This document shows positions 28,993 to 38,425 of a stretch of DNA of 64,000 bases, piece by piece. Both the position numbers and the translations under genes were made by a program. The first letter of the stretch is position 1. Every line of letters begins with the position of its first letter. Source of the DNA: a virus; the IMG/VR virus record IMGVR_UViG_3300040960_001746. One strand, 5' to 3'. Below the pieces are notes generated by a model. It was not told the origin of the DNA. It made no database searches and was given only the letters and a program-made list of their open reading frames with translations.

Positions 28993-31900
28993 TTACTGTA
29001 CTTTCACTTTTTTAACTAATGTTTCACCTAAGCAAGTTTTATATACTGTGAATGGATTATCAACCCCATTATTGATGTTAGGCGAATTATTAATATTTTC
29101 TTCCACAGAATCATTACTCGCACCTAAACCTTGTAAAGTAACTTCATTAATTCTATCCGCAAAGAAATTAGATACTGTTTTATGTAACGCAGTTTTACCA
29201 GGTACTAAACCAAAATATAAATAATATGGTGTCTGAGTCCTATTGAATTTAACACCTTTAATTGCCTCACTTCCGTTATTTAAATCATCATTTAATGAAT
29301 TACCATCGAAAATTTCATCTATATTATCTCCCTGTGCAGTTTGACCAAAATCAATTGTATCATTACCATTAGGGTAAGGTATAAATCCAGAAGTTTGTCC
29401 CAGCGCTAAACCATAAAAATAATCTGTATCACCATTTGACTTTGCATTCACATAACCACATCCATCACCAGGTATAAAAGAATCACCATCATTATATTCT
29501 GAATAAACAATTTCACCTCCATCTTCCGCAGGTAGTTGATAATATAAATTTGTACCATCAGATAATGTTATTTCAGGATAGGTATTATACTCATTCTCAA
29601 ACTGTATACTTCCTGGTTTTTGATGGTGGAAACTTAAATCACCCCCTTTATAACCATTAAACCTCCTACAGAAATAATTTCTTATGTCTTCATCATGATC
29701 AAATCTTAAGAAACAACTTCCTATTTCTATACCAATGTCGTTTTTATCGATAATCTCAACACCAACTTGTGATTGGTTTACTGTTGCTGCGATATTAGAA
29801 CAAACAGTACTAGTACAAGAAAACTCAACATATGCTCTTAAGTTTAGTGAAATGTTTTTTCTATCATCATATTTCTTAATAGTTTTTTTAATACCCAAAC
29901 CTTCTAACCCTGTGTATGGACTAGGTGAATTTTCGAACTTATACTTAATATCTTCATAACTAACATTAAATGTTGTCGGTGGTAATTGATCCATAATGAA
30001 TGGTACATCATCAATATCACAATAAACACTACTCCCTAACTCCATAATAGTCGTAGGTAACATTAAATTGGCTTTATATTCTACATTATTATATTTTACA
30101 TCATCATTAGGTATATAAGGCGTATAGTAAATATCACCCTCATTCCAACTTATCAAACCATGTTTTATAATACCAACATAATTATCATACTGACTTTCTG
30201 GATACACACAAGGTCTAACACCATTTGTACCACAATCAGGCGTACAATCATAAGTTTCACATTCTAAACTAGATGTTTGTTCATCCTCAGATTCTGGTTC
30301 TTCAATACCATCAAAGAAATCATCTTCTATAAATTCTTGTGGTGGGACAAATGAGGCATCAGGTACACAATCTAATGAATCTTTAAAATACTCTTTTCGT
30401 TCCACCATTCTTGTATTATCACATATATTTCTATGATGACCATGACCACCAATATTTTCCCAAGTAGAGAATCCATTAGGGTCCTCAGTCTCCACATATT
30501 CTGGTTTACCATGAATACCCTCAACATCCCTATCTTTAACAATAAATGGTATACCTTGCGAGTTAAAAGTATTTTGGAACGATGTAAAATCTTCGAAAAC
30601 AATTTTACACCCATCAAAAGATTGGTTAGTTCCATTAAATTCTAATTCTTTAACCGCCTGATCTAAATTAGGTACCTGTAAATCATTTTCAGGTGTACCA
30701 TACCAGTCAGTCACTCTTTTACCTTTAATTTTAGTAGTACAACCATCAACTGTTATAGATGGATTACTAAATATGATAGATGGTATTTTTATTCTCCATT
30801 GTTTATATGTTGGGTTACCTTGAAAATTACTATTACTTCCTCTTTCTCTACATTCAAAATCACAAAACTTATCTTTTTTTATTTGTCCGAATTTTCTTTT
30901 AGATTTTTTTAATTTATATTTTCTTTTAACTAGCGGGAAGTATAATGAACCTCCTACCCAATCATTGTAGAAATCAAATTTCAACATTCTTAAGAATACC
31001 GCAACAGGTTCCATAACACAAGAAACCCAGTCTTTAATACCAGGAGTTTGTCTACCACCACAATTTACACAACTAGCTAATTTAACAAATGTTGCATTAC
31101 ACCCTAAATCATCCCCAAATGGTGTTTTAATTAATGATAACCTATATTCTTTACCTTCATCTGCACATTTTAATGGTATTAACGGTATTTTTGCACAACA
31201 CTTAGTACAACATTCAGAATTACTCCCACATATTGAATCATTATCAGGGCAACCATAATCAGGATTAGAGCAACAACTATGTTGTTCTAATCCACAGACA
31301 TCTTTACATTTCTTACATAATAACCCACCGAAAATACATTTATTTTTTAAAGACCAACAAGCTCCAAATATTTGTAATTCTCCTGCTGCACAACTAGTAG
31401 CTAAATTACATTTAGTACAAGCGTTACCACCTGACGTAGTACTTGATGTCACAGGTACTTCATAGAATACTGCCCTATAATCACCCACTTGTAGATTGAA
31501 TCTGTCTACGTTATTTGAACCACTGTTAAAATAACACCAATTTCTAGGTACCCCACTAGGATATGGTGTACCAAATGTAGATATATCGGAACAATACTTA
31601 CCATTTACAAAACCAACTGTATTACTTGCCAAAAAATTTTCAGGTATCTGATATGGAGTTGACGCAGGCCACGAAAAAGATGAACCCGGAAAAATACCAG
31701 TTGCGGTACCAAAATATTCATTATAACAACTTCTTAAATCATTTGTACATGTACCTACTTGTGAAACATCATCACACTGGCTTTTTGCATCAAAACATAC
31801 ACCACCTGCGGAAGATAATATATCAGGATCTTCATCATCCCAACCACTACCATTCCATCTTTGACGTATATACTTTATGTTAACAATACCACCTCTTAAT

Positions 31901-33498
31901 GAATAAGCACATATACCCACAGGAAATTTAACATTACATATTGCAGTAATTAATCCATTTATTACATTTAAAATACCATTAATAAATCCTACTACAATTG
32001 CGAAGAATGTTAATAATAAACATATTATCGTATATAGTGGGTTAAAATTAGTGTCTATTCTATTGGTTGGGAATTTATTTACACCTTCAGCATTTATAAT
32101 ATCTTTTATACCTATAAAACCTCTCGCCTCATCATTTTTGATTTTTTGCATTCTACCTATATACTGTTTTACGGTATATACTTTTTTCCATCTAAATGGA
32201 AAAAATTCTTCTAAATAATTATACTGATTAGTAACGTCATCTTCATAAGGTGTACCTATAGTTATATCACTAAGTTGTTCATTTTTAGTAAATATTTGTT
32301 TTTCCTTAAGTTCTTTTTGAGTGTATTCACCAAAATTAAAATTGTTGTTTGTGTTAGGAACTAAATATTTTGCCCTTTCTCTAAGTCTTTTATCATTAGA
32401 TGTGGCATCCATAGATATTCTAAATCTATAATCACCTTCAGTTGCGACTCCTTTAATACCATCAGGTGAAGGTACTAAATTACCAAATTCATCGGTAACT
32501 ACTTTTCTTAGGTTCATTGGTACTAAAATTGACCAATTACCATTATCATCTATTGAGTCTTCTTTAAAATTAAATATTTCTACATTACCGTCAACAGTTC
32601 TCCTTATCGCCTCTAACTTACCACCACCCGTAATAACCTCATTAAGTTTACCCATCTCTCTGGCGGGCTTACAATTTTTATTTAATGAATCTTTTTCGTC
32701 ATCAGAAAAAATACTACCCATAAAAATAGATGTCGGTACGACTTCAAAATTAGGTTCAATATCATATCTATTAATACCTAACGCACTACCAACACTTAAA
32801 CTATCACACCAATAGGGTTCGACTGTTATTGGAATATTTTCTGAAAATATCTGTGGAAGACTGTCTAAATTATTAGAACCTTTAAATTTAAATTTACTCT
32901 TAAAAAGATTATCACTATATCCTTGATCAATTAATTCAAAAGGTCTAGTCGAAATGAATCCAATGTCACTAACATCCATATCATAATGTAAGAAGTGTTC
33001 ACCTACAGGTACACCAAATAAAATATAATCACCAGATTCGTTAGTTGTGGTAGTATACTTATAATATTTTTCGTAAATTTCTAAAGTAGTCCTGTCATCT
33101 AATATTTCTCTCTTCTTAGGGAATGTACCAACAGGAGTATGGTCTAATTTCTGTTGGTTTTTAGGTAAAACATTATATCTTAAACCATTAGAATTCTTTT
33201 GATCAGGAAATGGTTCTGTATATGGATATATAGATGACCTTACAGGATCTTGTAAATCCGAATCTTCTACAGGTACAAATATAGATACTTTTACATTAGG
33301 TACACCAAAACCACCATTTACTATTACTCTACCCGCAACAACACCATAATCCGCACAGAAATTCTGATAATCGTCTTTTTGTGATATTTTTAAACTTAAT
33401 ATTTCTAAGTGATCATAGTTTTGATTAAGATCAACATTAACTTTTAAATATCCATTGTCTTCACCTGGCGTTGTCCTAATTCTATATGACTTAGACAT
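28993..33498 (-). CDS. Large structural protein with a prealbumin-like N-terminus, a transmembrane helix and a Cys-rich region
   Basis: VAGRV...GVPNVKVSI...TTTNESGDYILFGVPVG (carboxypeptidase-regulatory-like fold); hydrophobic LYTIICLLLTFFAIVVGFINGIL; dense cysteine cluster. Confidence 0.6.
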   Translation of the reverse strand: MSKSYRIRTTPGEDNGYLKVNVDLNQNYDHLEILSLKISQKDDYQNFCADYGVVAGRVIVNGGFGVPNVKVSIFVPVEDSDLQDPVRSSIYPYTEPFPDQKNSNGLRYNVLPKNQQKLDHTPVGTFPKKREILDDRTTLEIYEKYYKYTTTTNESGDYILFGVPVGEHFLHYDMDVSDIGFISTRPFELIDQGYSDNLFKSKFKFKGSNNLDSLPQIFSENIPITVEPYWCDSLSVGSALGINRYDIEPNFEVVPTSIFMGSIFSDDEKDSLNKNCKPAREMGKLNEVITGGGKLEAIRRTVDGNVEIFNFKEDSIDDNGNWSILVPMNLRKVVTDEFGNLVPSPDGIKGVATEGDYRFRISMDATSNDKRLRERAKYLVPNTNNNFNFGEYTQKELKEKQIFTKNEQLSDITIGTPYEDDVTNQYNYLEEFFPFRWKKVYTVKQYIGRMQKIKNDEARGFIGIKDIINAEGVNKFPTNRIDTNFNPLYTIICLLLTFFAIVVGFINGILNVINGLITAICNVKFPVGICAYSLRGGIVNIKYIRQRWNGSGWDDEDPDILSSAGGVCFDAKSQCDDVSQVGTCTNDLRSCYNEYFGTATGIFPGSSFSWPASTPYQIPENFLASNTVGFVNGKYCSDISTFGTPYPSGVPRNWCYFNSGSNNVDRFNLQVGDYRAVFYEVPVTSSTTSGGNACTKCNLATSCAAGELQIFGACWSLKNKCIFGGLLCKKCKDVCGLEQHSCCSNPDYGCPDNDSICGSNSECCTKCCAKIPLIPLKCADEGKEYRLSLIKTPFGDDLGCNATFVKLASCVNCGGRQTPGIKDWVSCVMEPVAVFLRMLKFDFYNDWVGGSLYFPLVKRKYKLKKSKRKFGQIKKDKFCDFECRERGSNSNFQGNPTYKQWRIKIPSIIFSNPSITVDGCTTKIKGKRVTDWYGTPENDLQVPNLDQAVKELEFNGTNQSFDGCKIVFEDFTSFQNTFNSQGIPFIVKDRDVEGIHGKPEYVETEDPNGFSTWENIGGHGHHRNICDNTRMVERKEYFKDSLDCVPDASFVPPQEFIEDDFFDGIEEPESEDEQTSSLECETYDCTPDCGTNGVRPCVYPESQYDNYVGIIKHGLISWNEGDIYYTPYIPNDDVKYNNVEYKANLMLPTTIMELGSSVYCDIDDVPFIMDQLPPTTFNVSYEDIKYKFENSPSPYTGLEGLGIKKTIKKYDDRKNISLNLRAYVEFSCTSTVCSNIAATVNQSQVGVEIIDKNDIGIEIGSCFLRFDHDEDIRNYFCRRFNGYKGGDLSFHHQKPGSIQFENEYNTYPEITLSDGTNLYYQLPAEDGGEIVYSEYNDGDSFIPGDGCGYVNAKSNGDTDYFYGLALGQTSGFIPYPNGNDTIDFGQTAQGDNIDEIFDGNSLNDDLNNGSEAIKGVKFNRTQTPYYLYFGLVPGKTALHKTVSNFFADRINEVTLQGLGASNDSVEENINNSPNINNGVDNPFTVYKTCLGETLVKKVKVQ

Positions 33499-33518
33499 AA
33501 TTTAATTATCATTTTTTT

Positions 33519-33893
33519 TTACTTATTATCGTATACTTCAATATCTTCAATATCCTTAGTTACATATTCTTTAGTTTTACTGAATTGTTTTTCTCTTTTT
33601 TTCAATTGTCTTTTTACTTTAAATTCCGCATATTTACTAAATATACCCATTAAAAAACCTTTAAACTTATTACTAACTTTATCTAGTTTTTTTGGTAAAA
33701 AGAATGCAAAAAACATTTGTCCTACTAACACTAGTATAACTAAAGGTATTGCAATTACTATAACAAAAAACGCAATTAATCTAAATAAAAAACTACTTCC
33801 TGTTAAATCTGAAGGTAATAATTTTAATGTTTCTTCTGAAGGTATATCACTCACTACACCCGAATTTGATTGTTTGCACGTACTACATCCCAT
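33519..33893 (-). CDS. Small membrane protein
   Basis: MGCSTCK N-terminus, ~30-aa hydrophobic stretch, basic C-terminal tail. Confidence 0.7.
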   Translation of the reverse strand: MGCSTCKQSNSGVVSDIPSEETLKLLPSDLTGSSFLFRLIAFFVIVIAIPLVILVLVGQMFFAFFLPKKLDKVSNKFKGFLMGIFSKYAEFKVKRQLKKREKQFSKTKEYVTKDIEDIEVYDNK

Positions 33894-33942
33894 AACTTTA
33901 ATTTTTATTATAAAACTAACTCATTTTTTAAAAAAGTAATTA

Positions 33943-35772
33943 TTATGAAGTAGAAATTGTTACTTTAATATCTTTATTAGGGTATTTTATTTCAAACATA
34001 CCATTAGGTTCACCAAATAATGTATATCTACCTAAAAGATCAATTTGTCTTGTTTCTTCATCAATATATGGTTGAGCGATTTCATTTAAAGAATATTTAC
34101 CATTTTCATTAACTTTGTTAAATACCCTTAAATCTGTTACGTTTAATACACCTCCCACATTATTAATGTTTTCAACTAACTGAGAAATATAGATATTGTC
34201 CCCCATATCCCACCTGTTGATATCGAAATAATTTTTAACACTATTAATAACACCACTAATCACATCTCCTTTAGGTACTGACTTATCCGCAAAAACATCT
34301 ATTTCAAAACCTAAATTAAAGACTTTACCATTTTTGATGGTTACATAGTCATTAATCATCCTAAAATCTGCTAAATATTCTGCAATATTTTGTTTTAACG
34401 TTGACGTAGATTGTGTTGTAAGTTTACCATTCGCATCTAACGCTAAAATAGAAACATTAATTTTATTTCTTTCTTCCCAAACGCCAGTCCTAAATGGTAC
34501 ACCAAATTTACCAGGCATTAGAGGTATTCTACTTTGATAATCTTTTATCGTAACACATCTTTCTTGTGCGGAAAAATTGTATTTTACTAAATTTCTTATT
34601 TCTTCTATTGATGGTTCTTCTTTACCCCCTAACGCTGGTATTGGATTATTAACACTAATACTATTCCTTATAACTCTATTTATATCTTCATCATCTCCAT
34701 TAACAACAGAACTAATAACACCTAACCCATTAATAGTATTTGGACCTATATTAGTATCTTCACCACCACCAACTCTATATCTCACATATAATGTATTGTT
34801 TGGTGATGGTATTTCACCTAAAGAAAGGTTGTTAACTATATTCCCAATTCTATCTATTTGTCCTCTACAACCAACAAATTCGTTTAATTCTGAAATATCT
34901 TCATCTCCCGCACCAAAAGTTATTTTACAGAAACCGTTATCAGTATATTCTTTAATGAATCTTTGTGGTGCGTTTTTCCATTTACCCACTACGATACCTT
35001 CATTGTCAGAAACAGTATTTTCATCAACTGTGTATACTTCACCTTGTGCTAATGCTGGTACTTCATACCAATTTAAGTCGAAGTCACTAAATTCTTCTTC
35101 CGTAGGTGTTGTAGTTAAATTTGTACCTTCTTTAGTTATAATATTTTCAATAGACAATACATTATCTTCAGGTAAAATAACCTCTAAAAATGGTTTAAAA
35201 TCAGGAGCCCCTAAAGTCTTTTTATATATTTTAGTAAATCCATTTAACATTATCTCTCTTTTAGTAAGTGAATAACTTTGGATTATACCATTACCATCAA
35301 TATTAGGTATGATAAGTCTATTAGGTATCCCACCTGTTGCAAATGGTGATGAGAAGTCACAATCCTCTAACAACTCAAATATTTTACCCGCCCCTGATGC
35401 TTGTGAACCTTTTAATATTTTAGGTGCGTAACTTTCATCAAAAGTATCACCCTTTACTGGTATATTAGTAACTGTCCAATCTACTAAAGTAATACTAGGT
35501 CTTTTACCCGGAATATTTAAACCAAAAGTTCTAGCTAATTCTAATAATGATGATCTCTCTTGCGCATAATTAATCTGAGTTTCATTAAACATTCTATCAG
35601 TATGGAAACTTAACATATCACCTACCGCAGCGTTTAATTCTAATAACATCATACCTACTGACGCATCGTTAAAATCTGAAAACGTTTCTGGATAATATTT
35701 TTTAATGAACTCTACAAGTTGTTGTCTAACATCTGAGAAATTCCTAGCATTATAATCTATCTTTTTCGCCAT
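33943..35772 (-). CDS. Baseplate wedge subunit (T4 gp6 / baseplate J-like)
   Basis: DY.ARNF, GMMLLEL.A..GD.L.F..D, YRVGGG, GGKEEPSIEEIR and QERCVT..DY motifs. Confidence 0.9.
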   Translation of the reverse strand: MAKKIDYNARNFSDVRQQLVEFIKKYYPETFSDFNDASVGMMLLELNAAVGDMLSFHTDRMFNETQINYAQERSSLLELARTFGLNIPGKRPSITLVDWTVTNIPVKGDTFDESYAPKILKGSQASGAGKIFELLEDCDFSSPFATGGIPNRLIIPNIDGNGIIQSYSLTKREIMLNGFTKIYKKTLGAPDFKPFLEVILPEDNVLSIENIITKEGTNLTTTPTEEEFSDFDLNWYEVPALAQGEVYTVDENTVSDNEGIVVGKWKNAPQRFIKEYTDNGFCKITFGAGDEDISELNEFVGCRGQIDRIGNIVNNLSLGEIPSPNNTLYVRYRVGGGEDTNIGPNTINGLGVISSVVNGDDEDINRVIRNSISVNNPIPALGGKEEPSIEEIRNLVKYNFSAQERCVTIKDYQSRIPLMPGKFGVPFRTGVWEERNKINVSILALDANGKLTTQSTSTLKQNIAEYLADFRMINDYVTIKNGKVFNLGFEIDVFADKSVPKGDVISGVINSVKNYFDINRWDMGDNIYISQLVENINNVGGVLNVTDLRVFNKVNENGKYSLNEIAQPYIDEETRQIDLLGRYTLFGEPNGMFEIKYPNKDIKVTISTS

Positions 35773-35775
35773 ACT

Positions 35776-36159
35776 TTAAAATGTTAATGTTACTGTATCA
35801 GAACTTTGGAATGTTCCATCTGTCACAGTATAAGTTAATTCTACAATTATTAATTCTTCAATGTCATCGTTCCTAAAATTAATACTATTAACTATTAAAT
35901 TAGGTATATATCTAGATATACTATCATTCAAACTTTTTTTAATATCATCGTGTGTTATACTATCATTAGGTTCAAATATGAACTTTCTCAAATCACTACC
36001 AAAATCAGGTAAGTATAATCTATCACCTTTATTAGTTAACAATAAATGTAATAAATCCGCCCTAATTGCATCTCGATCTGTTTGATTTAGTTCGAAATAA
36101 AAACCTTTTTTACTATCTTTAAAAGGGAAATCAATATTTTTATATCTAGTCTTTGCCAT
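35776..36159 (-). CDS. Baseplate wedge subunit, gp25/GpW-like
   Basis: IDFPF...AIRADL..LLLT.KGDR...PDFGS.L..FIFEP. Confidence 0.9.
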   Translation of the reverse strand: MAKTRYKNIDFPFKDSKKGFYFELNQTDRDAIRADLLHLLLTNKGDRLYLPDFGSDLRKFIFEPNDSITHDDIKKSLNDSISRYIPNLIVNSINFRNDDIEELIIVELTYTVTDGTFQSSDTVTLTF

Positions 36160-36164
36160 TTGTA

Positions 36165-36172
36165 TATAAATA
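36165..36172 (-). promoter_or_regulatory. Putative late-promoter motif at the head of the baseplate operon
   Basis: TATTTATA 5 nt upstream of the gp25-like ATG and downstream of a terminator. Confidence 0.6.
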
Positions 36173-36203
36173 TTGTACTATATATTTTTTTAAAAGAAAT
36201 GGT

Positions 36204-36236
36204 AAAATAAAAAAAGTCAGAACTTAGTCTGACTTT
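36204..36236 (-). terminator. Intrinsic terminator after the replication/RNR operon
   Basis: Stem AAAGTCAGA/TCTGACTTT with a 6-nt loop, followed by a T-run on the minus strand. Confidence 0.75.
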
Positions 36237-36262
36237 GTTAAATACTTTATAAGGTTTTAAAC

Positions 36263-36478
36263 TTACTTTGTTATATTAGTATTTCCTCTTTTGTGTTTTG
36301 GATCATACGGACAATGTAAACAACCATTACCACAACATCTACCTCTTCTTATATGATATGATTCAGTCATAACCATTCTACCATCTTTGTCGTAGTAATA
36401 ATCAGAAGGAAGGAGTTTGTTTCCAAACTCCCTCACATATAATTGTTGTACCCAATCGTTAGTAGCATTTACTGTCAT
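36263..36478 (-). CDS. DUF5522-like small Cys-rich protein
   Basis: DYY...GRMVMTESYHIRRGRCCGNGCLHCPY. Confidence 0.8.
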   Translation of the reverse strand: MTVNATNDWVQQLYVREFGNKLLPSDYYYDKDGRMVMTESYHIRRGRCCGNGCLHCPYDPKHKRGNTNITK

Positions 36479-36481
36479 AAC

Positions 36482-38341
36482 TTAAACTATTTCACAAGCC
36501 CCACCTGCACAAGCAACTTCTCCAGATAGGTTAGTATTATCTTGTAATTCGATAACCTTAGTTAAATCAACACTACTTAATGAATTCATCATTGTGTTAT
36601 ATGTTTCTTCATCACAATCCTCAAATGGTGCTTGTTGATAAGTTCCTCCATTATAAGGTAAAACTGATAAACCATTATAATGTTCTCTATTATTCCACAT
36701 CCATTCCCCTGCAAGTTCCCAATCTTCCTCTTTTAAAGAAATTGTTGCAGATACGTTATGCGTATTTTGTCCACCTCTATGTCCAAACTTAATCCATTCT
36801 TTAGAAACCTTTTTAACTCTCTCTAATAATTCAAAAGGTGACTCATATCTTAAAATAGAACCTTCTGGTGACTTCTGTGGAATAGATATAACTGCAGTGT
36901 CATGTGGACGGAAAATTTCATCCTCAACCAACTCTGGATGGTTAATAGATAAATAAGTGTAAATTGCTTCATTCTTACCAACTCTGATTCTTCTGATATA
37001 ATAATCATTATGCCACGCATGAATTCCAGAAGATGTCCCTAAAACTAAAGATGACGTACCTGATGGTTTAACTGTAGTTGTTCTAGCAGCTTTATTAATA
37101 CCTATCAACTTAGCAACTCTTTGATTTTCTTCTTTAACCGCTTTCGCGGCAGATTTCATATCATAACCTAATACTACACCTGATCCGATACCTGTCATAC
37201 CTACACCGATTAATGCGTCTTTTTGTGTAGTTCTTTTCCACACATCTCTAAGATAATGGAAGTCTGTGTAACCCGCTTGTAATGTTCCAATAAACGCTGC
37301 ACCTTTAACTCTTTTTTCAAAGTCTTCTTGTGACTCTATATCTGAAGCATTTACTTCACATAGGTTACAGAACTGATAAGGTCGTAAACCTATCTCACAA
37401 CATGGATTAGTACCCCAATCTTTATCATTAGAGAAATAAATTCCTGGTTCACCTGCACCACTTAGTTCAATTCTTTTCCATAAATCTAAGAAAAACTCTT
37501 TAGTTACTTTATGTCTTAGTAATACCGCTGAATTGTTAGCTCTACCTCTTTGTGGGTTAAGTTCCCACCACGCACCTGACTTACAAGAAATCATTTCATC
37601 ATCATCTGCACTAAATAAACTAATCAACGCCGCTCTACGGATACCACCCGCTAAAACTGCGTCTGCAATATGACATATAATATCATGTGTCTCAATAGGT
37701 GTAAGTTTATCTCCATCTGATTTTGCATCTAATACCTTTTTAATATTATGAATACAATCTTTTAGTGGTTGAGGTCCCGGTGCTTTACCACCTGAAGTAA
37801 CCAACAACGCACCTTTTTGTCTAATATCTGAAAAGTCAAATATAGGTGTAGATGATTTAACACCGAAATAAGACTCTACCAATACTTTAATTGCGTCTGC
37901 CCATCCTTCAATAGAATCACCTATTAGATATCTTCGACTTCTATTTGGGTTTGGTTTCTTAATGTCAGGTAAAGACTCAACGTGATGTCTCTGTACTGAA
38001 AACCCTACGCCTGTACCACCTAATAATAAAAACATTGTTTCTGAAAATGCGTCAACATGATCAATAGGTAAATATGCGCAATTATAAACCCTATTAGGTG
38101 AAATCTCTATCGGTTTACCACCAAACTGTAAACTTCTCATAGATGGTAAAATTTTCTTATCATATACCATCTTATACACCTCTTCAATTTCATCCTTAAT
38201 CTTAGGATATTTTCTTTGGTGCATTTCTTTATTTCTAGTTACTAACTCTTCCCATGTCTCCCTTCTATTTTCTTTTGGGAGATATTTGGCGTATTTCATA
38301 TACACCGTAATGTCTGATAAAATTTTGTTTGATAACTCCAT
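36482..38341 (-). CDS. nrdJ: Class II (adenosylcobalamin-dependent) ribonucleotide reductase, monomeric RTPR type
   Basis: RRETWEE, LPSMR, YNCAY, GGIRRAA, GEPG, TNPCCEI, FCNLCE, TTVKPSGT and a C-terminal CAGGAC redox pair. Confidence 0.9.
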   Translation of the reverse strand: MELSNKILSDITVYMKYAKYLPKENRRETWEELVTRNKEMHQRKYPKIKDEIEEVYKMVYDKKILPSMRSLQFGGKPIEISPNRVYNCAYLPIDHVDAFSETMFLLLGGTGVGFSVQRHHVESLPDIKKPNPNRSRRYLIGDSIEGWADAIKVLVESYFGVKSSTPIFDFSDIRQKGALLVTSGGKAPGPQPLKDCIHNIKKVLDAKSDGDKLTPIETHDIICHIADAVLAGGIRRAALISLFSADDDEMISCKSGAWWELNPQRGRANNSAVLLRHKVTKEFFLDLWKRIELSGAGEPGIYFSNDKDWGTNPCCEIGLRPYQFCNLCEVNASDIESQEDFEKRVKGAAFIGTLQAGYTDFHYLRDVWKRTTQKDALIGVGMTGIGSGVVLGYDMKSAAKAVKEENQRVAKLIGINKAARTTTVKPSGTSSLVLGTSSGIHAWHNDYYIRRIRVGKNEAIYTYLSINHPELVEDEIFRPHDTAVISIPQKSPEGSILRYESPFELLERVKKVSKEWIKFGHRGGQNTHNVSATISLKEEDWELAGEWMWNNREHYNGLSVLPYNGGTYQQAPFEDCDEETYNTMMNSLSSVDLTKVIELQDNTNLSGEVACAGGACEIV

Positions 38342-38425
38342 TTTTTTACTTTTTTCCTTTTTTTTAGGGGTGAGAATTCCCTAATGACTTATCATCTAAA
38401 CCATCAAAAAATCTTCCCTATTTAA

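Noticed and set aside
38365-38425. Cobalamin riboswitch upstream of nrdJ (AATAGGGAA seed)
   Set aside because: The gap is only ~85 nt and the downstream GGTG, CCCGC and ACTG core elements are absent
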